Source: Acaryochloris thomasi RCC1774 (GTDB lineage Bacteria > Cyanobacteriota > Cyanobacteriia > Thermosynechococcales > Thermosynechococcaceae). Taken from it: DNA of 64,000 nucleotides. The DNA lies in the NCBI RefSeq assembly GCF_003231495.1, contig NZ_PQWO01000001.1, positions 489,308-553,307 of the forward strand, written 5' to 3'. The translations under genes were made by a program, and so were the position numbers. Below the pieces are notes generated by a model. That model was not told where the DNA came from. It saw only the letters and a list, made by a program, of their open reading frames with translations, and searched no databases. Of this stretch, positions 37,539 to 47,003 are shown one piece after another; position 1 is the first letter of the stretch, and the number at the start of each line of letters is the position of its first letter.

Positions 37539-40500
37539 ATGACCGCTTCTTTGAATGAGCCACGTTTATCGAGTACTCCTGGCGGTGACGCAGGTGTCGC
37601 CGCGCCAACGTTAGAGGCTACCCATTCTGAAGGGTTCGGCCATTGGCTGCAGCAACAGCAGCTCAGTCTAGCCTTTACGACCTACCAAACGAATCGCTTA
37701 TTTTGTCTGGGCACGACACAGGCAGGGAAAATGGCGCTACATGAACGCTTGTTTGATAAGCCAATGGGCCTGTTCGCCCAGGACAATCGCCTCTACATGA
37801 GTACCCGCTATCAAATATGGCAGCTCGATAATCTGCTAAGACCCGGAGAACTGCGTCAGGGTTGCGATCTCATCTACACCCCAAAACTAGCGCACACAAC
37901 CGGCGACCTCAACGTTCACGACGTGGTTATCGACGCATCCGGCGAACTTCTGTTTGTGAATACCGACTTCAACTGTTTAGCCCGTCTCAGCCCTGACTAT
38001 AGCTTTGTACCGCAATGGCGACCGCCCTTTATCTCGAAATGGGTCGCCGAAGATCGCTGTCACCTCAACGGCCTCGCCCTGCGAGAGGGCAAACCGGCCT
38101 ACATGACCGCCTGTAGCAGCACCAATACAGCCGCCAGTTGGCGTCACCACCGGGTTGACGGCGGCGTCGTGATGGATATCCAAGCCAACGAAGTGATCGC
38201 CACGGGCCTCTCAATGCCCCACTCGCCACGCTGGTATCGCGGCAAGCTCTGGTTGCTCAATTCAGGGACCGGTGAACTCGGTCACATCGACTTCGACAGC
38301 GGTGCCTTTGTCCCGCTCACCTTCTGCCCCGGCTTCGTGCGGGGAATGACCTTTTGCGGCAACGTCGCCGTGATCGGTCTATCAAAATTGAGGTCAAAAT
38401 CTTTCACCGGTCTAGCGCTGGAAAAACGACTAACGGCAGCGGGAGATCGCCCCCACTGTGGCTTGATGGTTGTTGACCTAGAGACCGGCAACGTTTTGCA
38501 TTGGCTGCGTTTAGAGGGAGTCGTTGAAGAGCTTTTTGATGTGGTGGTGCTACCCAACGTCCGCCAGCCGCAATCTCTAGGGTTCCAGTCTGATGAAATT
38601 GAGCGGCTAGTCACCTTCCCAGAGGCTGAAGGGATTGTGGTCACAAAACCCACGGTCAAGCGCCCGAGTTTGGCAGGCAAAGCCCCCGTTGCTGGCGTAC
38701 CCCGCACCGTCTGGGATGGGCAGTCAAGCTCCTCAACGGCTTCAGTCCCGTCGATCGCTGCCGCTTTAGACTCCCTTAAGTTTCAGCACGTTTACCATCT
38801 GACACCAGAAAATCTGGCAGACTACGACGATTTCACGTTTCCGCGTCTACGGCAGCGCTGGTCACAGCAGCCTCAGCGCGGCGAGATGCTCGGCGTATCA
38901 GCGTCGGTAGAGGGCGACATGGTGGCCTTCGGTGTGGCTGAGCTGCTGCCCGATCAGTCGGCTGAGGTGATCTCGCTTTGGGTGACCCCAGAGTACCGGC
39001 AACAAAGGATCGGACAGCGGTTGATGGCAATTCTGGAGCAGAAAGTCTGCCAAGAGGGCTGCACTAAACTGTTAATCGCCTACGAGGCCACTGCCCTTAC
39101 CCAGATAGAGCCTTTATTGAAAAACTTGGGCTGGCAAGCCCTCTCTCAGAACCACACCCAGCATAGATGGCACAAAAATTTCGCACCGCAGCTTGAGAAA
39201 GAGGCACCACACCCCTTTGAGCAGGGCAAAGCCTTTGCTAAGCAAGGAGATCTAGACGCAGCCATCGCTTGCTTTACTGAGGCCCTTCGCCAACGCCCCG
39301 ACCACCTCGCCGCCTATAACCAACTGGGCAATGCCTATCAGCAGTTGGGGCAAACAGAAGATGCGATCGCAACCTATCAAGCCCTCTTAGAACGCAATCC
39401 CAACGTCGCGCAGGCCCACGCCAACCTAGGGGCGATCTGGCAGATTCAGGGGAAAACGGGAGATGCGATCGCATCCTATCAAACCGCCATTGCCCTCAAG
39501 CCCGACTTAACCGTAGCCCATCTCAATCTAGCCAAGCTGCACGCAACAGCAGGCCAGCAAAAAAACGCTGCAGTGCATTATCAAGCGGCCCTTGCAGCCG
39601 ATCCCCAACAAGTAGAAGCCCACTACGGCCTTGCCAAGGTATCGCTGACTCAGGACCATTTAGAGCAGGCAAACGCCTGTTTTCGGCAGGTTTTAAAGCT
39701 CCAGCCGGAACACTCAGCCGCTCTATTAGAGCTAGGCTTTTTGTCTGAGGCCCAAGGGCAACTAGCGGTTGCTCGTGCCTGCTACCAGAAGCTATTTAAT
39801 ACCTGCCTAGAGTGGCAGCATTTAGCCGCTTACCAGCTTAGCTATGTGCGGCGGCAGCTTTGCAACTGGCAGCACGACGATGCGCGTATGACAGAGCTAC
39901 TGCAGCGCCTTGAGACGCACATTGCTCAGACCGACAGTCCTGCCCTCGCCCCCTTGAGCCTGAGCGTTTTCCCCGCATCGCCAGCATTGCATCGGGCCGT
40001 GAACGAACACCACGCAGCGCAGATTCAGCGACGCATGGCCGAGACTAAAGAACGATGTCATTTCCAGCATCCTCAGGGGCCTGTCGATAAACTGCGGATT
40101 GGCTACGTCTCGCCTGATTTCCGCAATCATCCGGTGGGCTGGCTGATGCAAGATTTGTTTCAGTACCACGACCGCGATCGCTTTGAAATCTTTGCCTATA
40201 GCCTCCGCCATGCCGAAGATTCAGTGCAGGCCAACATTGAGGCCGGGTGCGATCATTTTATCGACTGCTCCCAGCTATTGCCGGAAGAGAGTGCTCACCG
40301 CATTCATGCTGATGGCATTCATATTTTGATTGATCTAGCGGGTTACACCACCTATTCTCGACCTGAGATTTTTGCGCTGCGTCCCGCACCAATTCAGTGC
40401 AGCTATTTAGGCTATCCCGATACCACCGGTTCAGAGAGTATCGATTATCTGATCACCGATGAGTGGGTCGTGCCGCCTGCATTGGCAGCTCACTGTACTG

Positions 40501-41198
40501 AGCAGGTGGTCTACCTACCGCATCAGTTTGTGGTATCGCCAACATTCGCAGAGTCTTGTTTGCCAAAGGCCGAGATAGATCAAGAGGTACTAAAACAAGG
40601 GAATTTAAAGCAGACCCGCCAGGACTATGGTTTACCTGCAAAGGGGTTTGTGTTCTGTTGTTTTAATCTCCATCGCAAGATCGAACCGACGGTGTTTTCG
40701 GTGTGGATGAAGATTTTGCAGCAGGTACCAAACTCAGTGCTTTGGCTCTCAGATGGGCCAGACCCGGTCAAGGTGAATCTGCGTCAGGCCGCCCAGGCTC
40801 ATGGGGTTGCGGCAGAGCGATTGATTTTTGCCCCTCGGCTCCCCTTTGACGAATACTTAGCCCGCTATCAATTTGCTGATTTGTTTCTGGATACCTTCTC
40901 CTATGGAGCGGGTTCGACCGCAATCTGCGCGCTCTCTGCAGGAGTACCTTTGTTGACCCATCCAGGCGAGACCAATGCCTCACGGATGGGGGCCAGCATT
41001 TGCGCGGCAGCGGGCTTAGAAGACTTGCTGATTTGCGACAGCATATTGACCTACGAACAAAGGGCTGTGCATCTTGCAACTCACGCAGAAGAGATGGCGA
41101 CCCTACGGCAGAAGTTACGCGGCAATCGCAGCAATTTACCGCTGTTTCAACCCCAGCAATGGATCTCTCACTGGGAAGAAACGCTAGAGAAACTCTGA
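37539..41198 (+). CDS. Multidomain O-GlcNAc-transferase-like (GT41) protein: N-terminal beta-propeller-like domain (DUF4915/TIGR03032-like by recollection), then GNAT acetyltransferase, TPR repeats and a GT41 catalytic domain
   Basis: The GT41 region aligns strikingly with eukaryotic OGT as I recall it. Our LRIGYVSPDFRNHPVGWLMQ matches OGT [20 protein letters not shown]; our VPNSVLWL is identical; our PGETNASRMGAS matches PGETLASRVAAS. TPR repeats run (AAYNQLGNAYQQLGQTEDAIATYQ...) x~6. A GNAT core (Q/RxxGxG/A-like RIGQRLMAILEQ) lies at ~aa 450-520. The N-terminal ~380 aa have repeated strand-rich blades. Confidence 0.85.
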   Translation: MTASLNEPRLSSTPGGDAGVAAPTLEATHSEGFGHWLQQQQLSLAFTTYQTNRLFCLGTTQAGKMALHERLFDKPMGLFAQDNRLYMSTRYQIWQLDNLLRPGELRQGCDLIYTPKLAHTTGDLNVHDVVIDASGELLFVNTDFNCLARLSPDYSFVPQWRPPFISKWVAEDRCHLNGLALREGKPAYMTACSSTNTAASWRHHRVDGGVVMDIQANEVIATGLSMPHSPRWYRGKLWLLNSGTGELGHIDFDSGAFVPLTFCPGFVRGMTFCGNVAVIGLSKLRSKSFTGLALEKRLTAAGDRPHCGLMVVDLETGNVLHWLRLEGVVEELFDVVVLPNVRQPQSLGFQSDEIERLVTFPEAEGIVVTKPTVKRPSLAGKAPVAGVPRTVWDGQSSSSTASVPSIAAALDSLKFQHVYHLTPENLADYDDFTFPRLRQRWSQQPQRGEMLGVSASVEGDMVAFGVAELLPDQSAEVISLWVTPEYRQQRIGQRLMAILEQKVCQEGCTKLLIAYEATALTQIEPLLKNLGWQALSQNHTQHRWHKNFAPQLEKEAPHPFEQGKAFAKQGDLDAAIACFTEALRQRPDHLAAYNQLGNAYQQLGQTEDAIATYQALLERNPNVAQAHANLGAIWQIQGKTGDAIASYQTAIALKPDLTVAHLNLAKLHATAGQQKNAAVHYQAALAADPQQVEAHYGLAKVSLTQDHLEQANACFRQVLKLQPEHSAALLELGFLSEAQGQLAVARACYQKLFNTCLEWQHLAAYQLSYVRRQLCNWQHDDARMTELLQRLETHIAQTDSPALAPLSLSVFPASPALHRAVNEHHAAQIQRRMAETKERCHFQHPQGPVDKLRIGYVSPDFRNHPVGWLMQDLFQYHDRDRFEIFAYSLRHAEDSVQANIEAGCDHFIDCSQLLPEESAHRIHADGIHILIDLAGYTTYSRPEIFALRPAPIQCSYLGYPDTTGSESIDYLITDEWVVPPALAAHCTEQVVYLPHQFVVSPTFAESCLPKAEIDQEVLKQGNLKQTRQDYGLPAKGFVFCCFNLHRKIEPTVFSVWMKILQQVPNSVLWLSDGPDPVKVNLRQAAQAHGVAAERLIFAPRLPFDEYLARYQFADLFLDTFSYGAGSTAICALSAGVPLLTHPGETNASRMGASICAAAGLEDLLICDSILTYEQRAVHLATHAEEMATLRQKLRGNRSNLPLFQPQQWISHWEETLEKL

Positions 41199-42058
41199 GA
41201 TCTGTTCTAAGACAGGAAAGTCCCCATCGTGCTGCCTTCATCTTTTTGGGCCGCTTCACGGAGAATGCGGCCCATCTTAATTGAGGGGAATTGAAGAATG
41301 GAGACGGTTGCGATCGCATCGATCAACCGCTGTCTCTCTCATCAAGAACAGGCCTACTCTCACATAGATTATCCCGCAATGTCTTCATTTGCTTAGACCG
41401 CACAGCTCCAGATCAGTAAGCTATCAAGCCTGCGATATGACATCAAAAGAAATCAGCCGTCCGTCAGACACGATCAGGCGACAAGAAACTTAAAACGATA
41501 GCCATTGCGTTTTTGAAGATTGCACCACGAGGCTGAAACGCTTACCCCAAGCCACAAAAAGCAAAACAGAAGCTGTACCAGCAGAAAACAGCTTGGAGAA
41601 ATCCTGTATGTTTTTAAGTCTTATTTTATTGAGCTATAAACACTCAGTTATTATCATCCTAAATACTAGGTATAACGCTGTAACCCTTGCTCTACAAAAG
41701 TGATAGTTAACGCTCGAATATTTCTGCTCCAGAAATTCAGGTTTTTTTGTATGCTTTGATGTTCTACTTTGTTGGTTTCAAAAACAACTTTCGCATGATG
41801 TTGGCATACCTCAGAATCACATCTAGGCAATAAAAACGTGTCTAAAAACAATAGAAGCATGATGAGATGGAGTTCTACAAAAAATATTTCCAGAGAAATT
41901 TTGTATATTTTCGCGTTTGTTTTTGCTTACCGCTACGTGTTGAATTCCATTGTTATACAAAGTTTTTAGCTGGGTACACTCAATTTCAGACAGCTTAATA
42001 ATTTAAATTTCAAAATTCTATATAGACTTCTTCTTCTGCCAGTTGCTCGGATTTATTT

Positions 42059-42980
42059 ATGATTGCGTCTTTGAACCCGCAACGTTTACTGAACGTTGTG
42101 AAATTCTCCGCTGACGATAAAAATTTCGAACCCCCAGCTATAGCCTCCCAGCTAAAAGTGACTCATTCTGAAGGGTTACCCAATGGGTTACAGCATCAAG
42201 ACCTGAATGTAGCTTTTACCACTCATCAAACCAACCGTCTTTTCTGCGTGAGTCTCGTCCAGAAGGACGTATAAACAATGCGTGAACGCTTGGTTGACAA
42301 GCCGATGGGTCAATTTGCCCAGAATAATTGCCTCTGCATGAGTACTCGCCATCAGAAGTGGCAGCTCGATCATTTGCTAAGGGCACGAGGGTTGCGTCAG
42401 AGTTGCGATCGCATCTATATCCCTGAACTGGCTTACACGACCGATAACCTCAAAATCCGTGAAGTGGTTCCATCTGAGTCTGTCGAACAACAGATGTTGC
42501 GGCAGGTTCCGGGAGCAGCGCTATTGCTCTTTGATAGGACAAACTCAGTCAAGGTCAACGTGCGCCAAGCCGCACGCGCCCAGGAGCTTGATCCTGACCA
42601 ACTGATCTTTGCTCCTCAGCTACCCTTTAACGAATATTTAACCCGCTATCGCTGTTCGGATCTGCTCCTAGACGCCTGCACCTACAGGGTCGGTTCGACG
42701 GCGATTGCACTCTCAGCCTGGTTGCCGTTGCTCACCCATCCTGATGCATCACAAACGGAAGCCAGTATCTGCGCAGCGGCGGGTTTCAAAGATTTGCTCA
42801 TTTGTGACAGTGCTGTTGCTTATGAGCAAAAGACAGTCCATCCTGCCACTCATGCAGGTGGGATGGCTGCCATATAGCGGAGATTATGCGAAAACTGCAG
42901 CAGGTTTACCGCTATTCCAACCCCAGTCGTGGATTTTCTACTTGGAAGAGTCTCCTGGGAAGCTCTGGGATCTGTCTTAG
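42059..42980 (+). pseudogene. Decayed, internally deleted copy of the GT41 multidomain gene (N-terminal ~130 codons and C-terminal ~170 codons remain, in frameshifted pieces)
   Basis: MIASLNPQRL...VTHSEGLPNGLQHQDLNVAFTTHQTNRLFC matches MTASLNEPRL...ATHSEGFGHWLQQQQLSLAFTTYQTNRLFC. ...LIFAPQLPFNEYLTRYRCSDLLLDACTYRVGSTAI...ICAAAGFKDLLICDS... matches the GT41 C-terminus. Three short ORFs lie in different frames. Confidence 0.75.
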
Positions 42981-43069
42981 GACGGGGGAGTCCCATCGCT
43001 TTTCCTTCACCTCAACATAGGTGAAGGAATTCAATCTGTTCTTCATTAAATTATTAGTTGAGACGATTA
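42965..43069 (+). promoter_or_regulatory. Conserved leader / upstream block, copy 2 (see 34745-34839)
   Basis: gacgggggagtcccatcgcttttccttcacctcaacataggtgaaggaattcaatctg...ttagttgagacgattaATG. Confidence 0.45.
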
Positions 43070-44863
43070 ATGCCCACCTTTAACGAACAAACCGGCACCA
43101 ATAACCCCTTTGATGGGATTAATGTTGGAAGTGACAGCCACCCTACCTTTGCCGATATTGATGACGATGGGGATCTTGATCTACTGATCGGGGACTTTTC
43201 CGATGGCATTCTAAACTTCTTTGAGAATACGGGTAGTGCCTCTAGCCCCAGCTATGTTGAACAAACCGGCACCAATAACCCTTTCGACGGTATTTCTAGA
43301 AGTGAAAGCACCCCCACCTTTGCCGACATTGATGGCGATGATGATCTTGATCTGGTTATTGGACAATCCTTCGGTGGCCTGAGTTTCTTTGAAAATACAG
43401 GCAGTGCCACTAGCCCTAGCTACATCGAACAAACTGGCACTGATAATCCTTTCCCTAGCGTTGGTTCAAACGATAGCAACTCTCCCTTCTTTGCCGATCT
43501 TGATGGCGACGGTGATCTCGATCTAGTCACGGGAGATGGCAATGGCACGATAAACTACGTTGAGAACACGGGCAGTGCCACTAGCCCCAGCTACATCGAG
43601 CAAACCGGCACTAACAATCCCTTCGATGGGTTTAATGTAGGCTTTGAAAGCCAACCGGTCTTGGCTGATGTTGATGGTGATGGCGACCTTGATCTAGTTG
43701 TTGGGGCTGGCAGTGGCACAATCAATTTCTTTGAGAACACAGGCAGTACAACCAGTCCCAACTACATCGAGCAAACCGGCACTAGCAATCCCTTCGATGG
43801 GTTTAATGTGGGGGGTGAAAGCCAACCTGTCTTGGCTGATGTTGATGGTGATGGCGACCTCGATCTAGTTGTTGGAAATGGCCCTGGCACAATCAATTTC
43901 TTTGAGAATGCCGGGAGTCCCAATGGCGCGACCCCTGGTCCAGATCGCCTTTCAGGAACCCCTGATGACGACACTTTAGAAGGCTTAGATGGTCGAGATC
44001 GTCTCAATGGCCGAAATGGCAATGATCGCATCGTAGGCGGCAATGGTAGTGACACCCTCCTGGGTGAAGGTGGTAACGATACCCTCTTCGGCGGCAGCGG
44101 TATCGACCTCCTCTTTGGCGGTAACGGCAATGACTTTCTTAATGGGGGCAACAATAACGACACGCTGCAGGGCCAAGCGGGAGACGATACTCTTCAAGGC
44201 GGCAGCGGCAACGATATATTGATTGGCTCAACAGGAAGCGACCTGCTTCAAGGGGGACTCGACAACGACTTCCTGAGTGGGGGGAGCGACAACGACACGC
44301 TGGTCGGCCAAGCCGGAGATGATACTCTCCTAGGCGGAAACGGACTCGATCGTCTGATCGGCACTGCAGGTGATGACCAACTAAGGGGTGGCTTCGGCAA
44401 CGATACACTTAACGGCGGCAACGACAACGATGTGCTCGAAGGTCAAGCTGGTTCTGATCGCTTGATTGGCGGCGGCGGTGACGACATTCTCGTCGGTGGC
44501 TCCAGCGATGACACACTTGTAGGTGGAGTCGGGTCTGATACGTTCCGATTTGGCGGTGGCTTCAACAGCCTCGGCACCGATACGATCATAGACCTTACCA
44601 GCGATGATGTAATGGAGTTGAGTCTGTCTGTCTTTGGTCTGACAGGTGCCATCGGTGACATCATCGATATGAGCGAGTTCGCCAGCGTCAGCTCTCTGGC
44701 TGACGCCGAAAGCAGTGGTGCATCCATCGCTTACAACAGCAATGATGGTAGCCTCTACTTCAATGCCAATGGCGCTGCAGCAGGCTTCGGTACTGGCGGT
44801 CAGTTCGCTCAGCTCAACAATACCTTTGACCTCCAAGCCAGTCAGATTGAGTTGATTGCCTAA
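43070..44863 (+). CDS. Paralogous FG-GAP/VCBS-like propeller + RTX repeat protein (lacks the two VCBS modules of the first copy)
   Basis: Five FG-GAP-like repeats then RTX nonapeptides (GGNGSDTLLGEGGNDTLFGGSGID...). The C-terminal ~110 aa are near-identical to the first paralog, ending QIELIA. There is no signal peptide. Confidence 0.85.
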   Translation: MPTFNEQTGTNNPFDGINVGSDSHPTFADIDDDGDLDLLIGDFSDGILNFFENTGSASSPSYVEQTGTNNPFDGISRSESTPTFADIDGDDDLDLVIGQSFGGLSFFENTGSATSPSYIEQTGTDNPFPSVGSNDSNSPFFADLDGDGDLDLVTGDGNGTINYVENTGSATSPSYIEQTGTNNPFDGFNVGFESQPVLADVDGDGDLDLVVGAGSGTINFFENTGSTTSPNYIEQTGTSNPFDGFNVGGESQPVLADVDGDGDLDLVVGNGPGTINFFENAGSPNGATPGPDRLSGTPDDDTLEGLDGRDRLNGRNGNDRIVGGNGSDTLLGEGGNDTLFGGSGIDLLFGGNGNDFLNGGNNNDTLQGQAGDDTLQGGSGNDILIGSTGSDLLQGGLDNDFLSGGSDNDTLVGQAGDDTLLGGNGLDRLIGTAGDDQLRGGFGNDTLNGGNDNDVLEGQAGSDRLIGGGGDDILVGGSSDDTLVGGVGSDTFRFGGGFNSLGTDTIIDLTSDDVMELSLSVFGLTGAIGDIIDMSEFASVSSLADAESSGASIAYNSNDGSLYFNANGAAAGFGTGGQFAQLNNTFDLQASQIELIA

Positions 44864-44900
44864 ACCATTTGCAATTGAGTCAATTGAATAAATAAAACTA

Positions 44901-44936
44901 GGCCAACAGATTAACGATGAATCTGTTGGCCTTTTT
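44901..44936 (+). terminator. Rho-independent terminator after the RTX paralog 2
   Basis: ggccaacagatt-aacgatg-aatctgttggcc followed by ttttt. Confidence 0.7.
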
Positions 44937-45078
44937 GTACTACATCGAGAGCCGCTCTTTTGCCTAGATTCAACCAGTAGAAGGGAGTCACTTGCAATGA
45001 GCAATTTTTAGAGCAGCGGAAAACGAAAGGCAAGAATCAAATTATAAAAGCGTTCTGAAGCTGGATTCAGGAGCTGAC

Positions 45079-45687
45079 TTAAGATGGCTCGCGCGCCCAC
45101 ACAGCTAAGCCACCCCCTCGCCCCCGAGCGGCCAGCACCGTATCGCAGATCAAGAAATAGGCAAAGAACGCCTGTTGCCCCACCTTCCGCTGATAGAACT
45201 TCGCTTCACTGGCTTCACCCTTGCGGATAAAACTGTCGAACAGCTTCACGCCATAAACCCTGACCGCCATGCGCGTAAAATCAAAGGCCATAATGTTCTG
45301 AGGTGACAAAAACTTCGCGGGGCCTGAAACGGATAGGTGAATGCCCAGAAACTTGATGTCGTTGGCGATTGTACCCGCCGTAAATTTTTCTCCTGAGTTC
45401 TCCGCTGGCTGTTCTCTGGGCGTGTAGGACAGAGAAATAGAGGCCAGCTTCGGTAAATATCGACCGGCCCCCATCACTGGCCCTGCTTTCTTCTGCGTTT
45501 TTTTCGTGCCGGTGATAAAGCAAAGTCGCCAGTCCCCGACTAGTTGATCAAAGCCATGACTCTCCCTGGAATGTCTGCTTATGTTCTCGGCCTCAAGACA
45601 AGCTTCTCGTACAGCGTCAGGGGCAGGTCGCTCCGCAGCATTGAATGCCTTTTGAGCGGCCTGTTCTAGAATCTCAACCGGTGACAT
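45079..45687 (-). CDS. PAP/fibrillin-family protein (putative)
   Basis: About 200 aa. LVGDWRLCFITG resembles the fibrillin L.GKWRLVYT motif, and the C-terminal ...AARGRGGGLAVW resembles the fibrillin C-terminal RISRG..G.LFVL motif. Confidence 0.4.
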   Translation of the reverse strand: MSPVEILEQAAQKAFNAAERPAPDAVREACLEAENISRHSRESHGFDQLVGDWRLCFITGTKKTQKKAGPVMGAGRYLPKLASISLSYTPREQPAENSGEKFTAGTIANDIKFLGIHLSVSGPAKFLSPQNIMAFDFTRMAVRVYGVKLFDSFIRKGEASEAKFYQRKVGQQAFFAYFLICDTVLAARGRGGGLAVWAREPS

Positions 45688-45842
45688 GATTCACTCCTTC
45701 TGCTGCTTTTACCCTCAACCCCAGTGTCAGGCTTAAGGGGCATCTTCCGCTAGTGCTAAAGGCTTGTGTGTGGGACTCTTCGTGCTGTAATTGTGAAGCA
45801 GCGACAATTCCGCTGTCTTGCAGTCCTTCGCTTAGAGCCGTT

Positions 45843-46898
45843 ATGAAGCATCGTCCGTTTTTCCGTCGAGCCGTGGTGACCGGTCTTTTCTGTCTCAGCA
45901 CGCTAACCGGCTGTCTTCCTAGCCTGGACTCTTCCGGTTCATCCTCTTCTGGGAGGCTGCAGGCCATTTTAGAGCGAGGGCAGCTCAACTGCGGTATCAG
46001 CGGCGAGCTGCCGGGATTTAGCTTTGTCAATCCTGAGGGCGAGTATTCGGGACTGGATGTTGATTTTTGTCGTGCGATCGCATCTGCTCTTTTCGACGAT
46101 CCCAACGCCGTCAACTACCGCCGCCTCAACGCCAAAGAACGGTTCACCGCTGTACAAACCGGCGAGATCGACGTCCTCAGCCGCAACACCACCTGGACCC
46201 TCAGCCGTGACGGATCGAACCGGATGGCCTTTGCCCCCGTGGTTTTCTATGACGGCCAGGGCATGATGGTGCGCAAAAGCAGCGGTATCAAAACCCTCAA
46301 AGACTTTGCCGGGAAATCAGTCTGCACCCAGACCGGCACCACCAATGAACAAAACCTCTCAGATCAGATGCGGAAGCTGGGGGTTGACTACACTCCTGTT
46401 GTCTACGAAGACATCAACGCCGCCTACAAAGCCTATGCCGAAGATCGGTGCCAGGGCGTCACTTCAGATCGGTCTCAGCTCCTCTCGCGCCGCAGTGCCT
46501 TCCCGCAACAGGACGATCACGTCATTCTTGAAGAGGTTATGTCCAAAGAGCCCCTTGCGCCAGCCGTCGCTGATGGTGATTCTCAATGGTTAGATGTAGT
46601 CACATGGGTCATTTACAGCACCATAGAAGCCGAAGATCTAGACATTCGCTCCGATAATCTCGATCAGTTTGCTGATAGCGACGATCCTGTTATTCAGAGA
46701 TTTCTCGGCAAAGAAGATAACCTGGGGACCGGTATCGGTCTCCCTGATGACTTCGCCGTCCGCGTGATCAAAAACGTTGGTAATTACGCTGAAATTTACG
46801 ATCGCAACCTCGGCCCCAACACAAAGCTCAACCTACCCCGAGGCCAAAATAAGCTAGCGCAGGATGGTGGATTACTGTACGCCCCTCCATTCCGCTAA
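45843..46898 (+). CDS. General L-amino-acid ABC transporter substrate-binding lipoprotein (AapJ/BztA-like)
   Basis: Lipoprotein signal (FCLSTLTGC) and an SBP type-3 domain with LDVDFCRAIASALF and FTAVQTGEIDVLSRNTTWTLSRD. Confidence 0.7.
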   Translation: MKHRPFFRRAVVTGLFCLSTLTGCLPSLDSSGSSSSGRLQAILERGQLNCGISGELPGFSFVNPEGEYSGLDVDFCRAIASALFDDPNAVNYRRLNAKERFTAVQTGEIDVLSRNTTWTLSRDGSNRMAFAPVVFYDGQGMMVRKSSGIKTLKDFAGKSVCTQTGTTNEQNLSDQMRKLGVDYTPVVYEDINAAYKAYAEDRCQGVTSDRSQLLSRRSAFPQQDDHVILEEVMSKEPLAPAVADGDSQWLDVVTWVIYSTIEAEDLDIRSDNLDQFADSDDPVIQRFLGKEDNLGTGIGLPDDFAVRVIKNVGNYAEIYDRNLGPNTKLNLPRGQNKLAQDGGLLYAPPFR

Positions 46899-47003
46899 TG
46901 TTGTTGCCAAGACAGATGATGGATGCCGTGAGCGGCTTCATGAGTAGAGCCTTTAAGACCTTGATGACTGCTAGCATAGAAGCAAAATTGCTAGGTTAGC
47001 TGT

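Noticed and set aside
38282-38707. 141-aa antisense ORF inside the GT41 gene, and other internal antisense ORFs (37977-38183, 39274-39474, 40768-41319)
   Set aside because: These are embedded antisense to a strongly supported 1219-aa CDS and carry no motifs. They are typical GC-rich antisense open frames.
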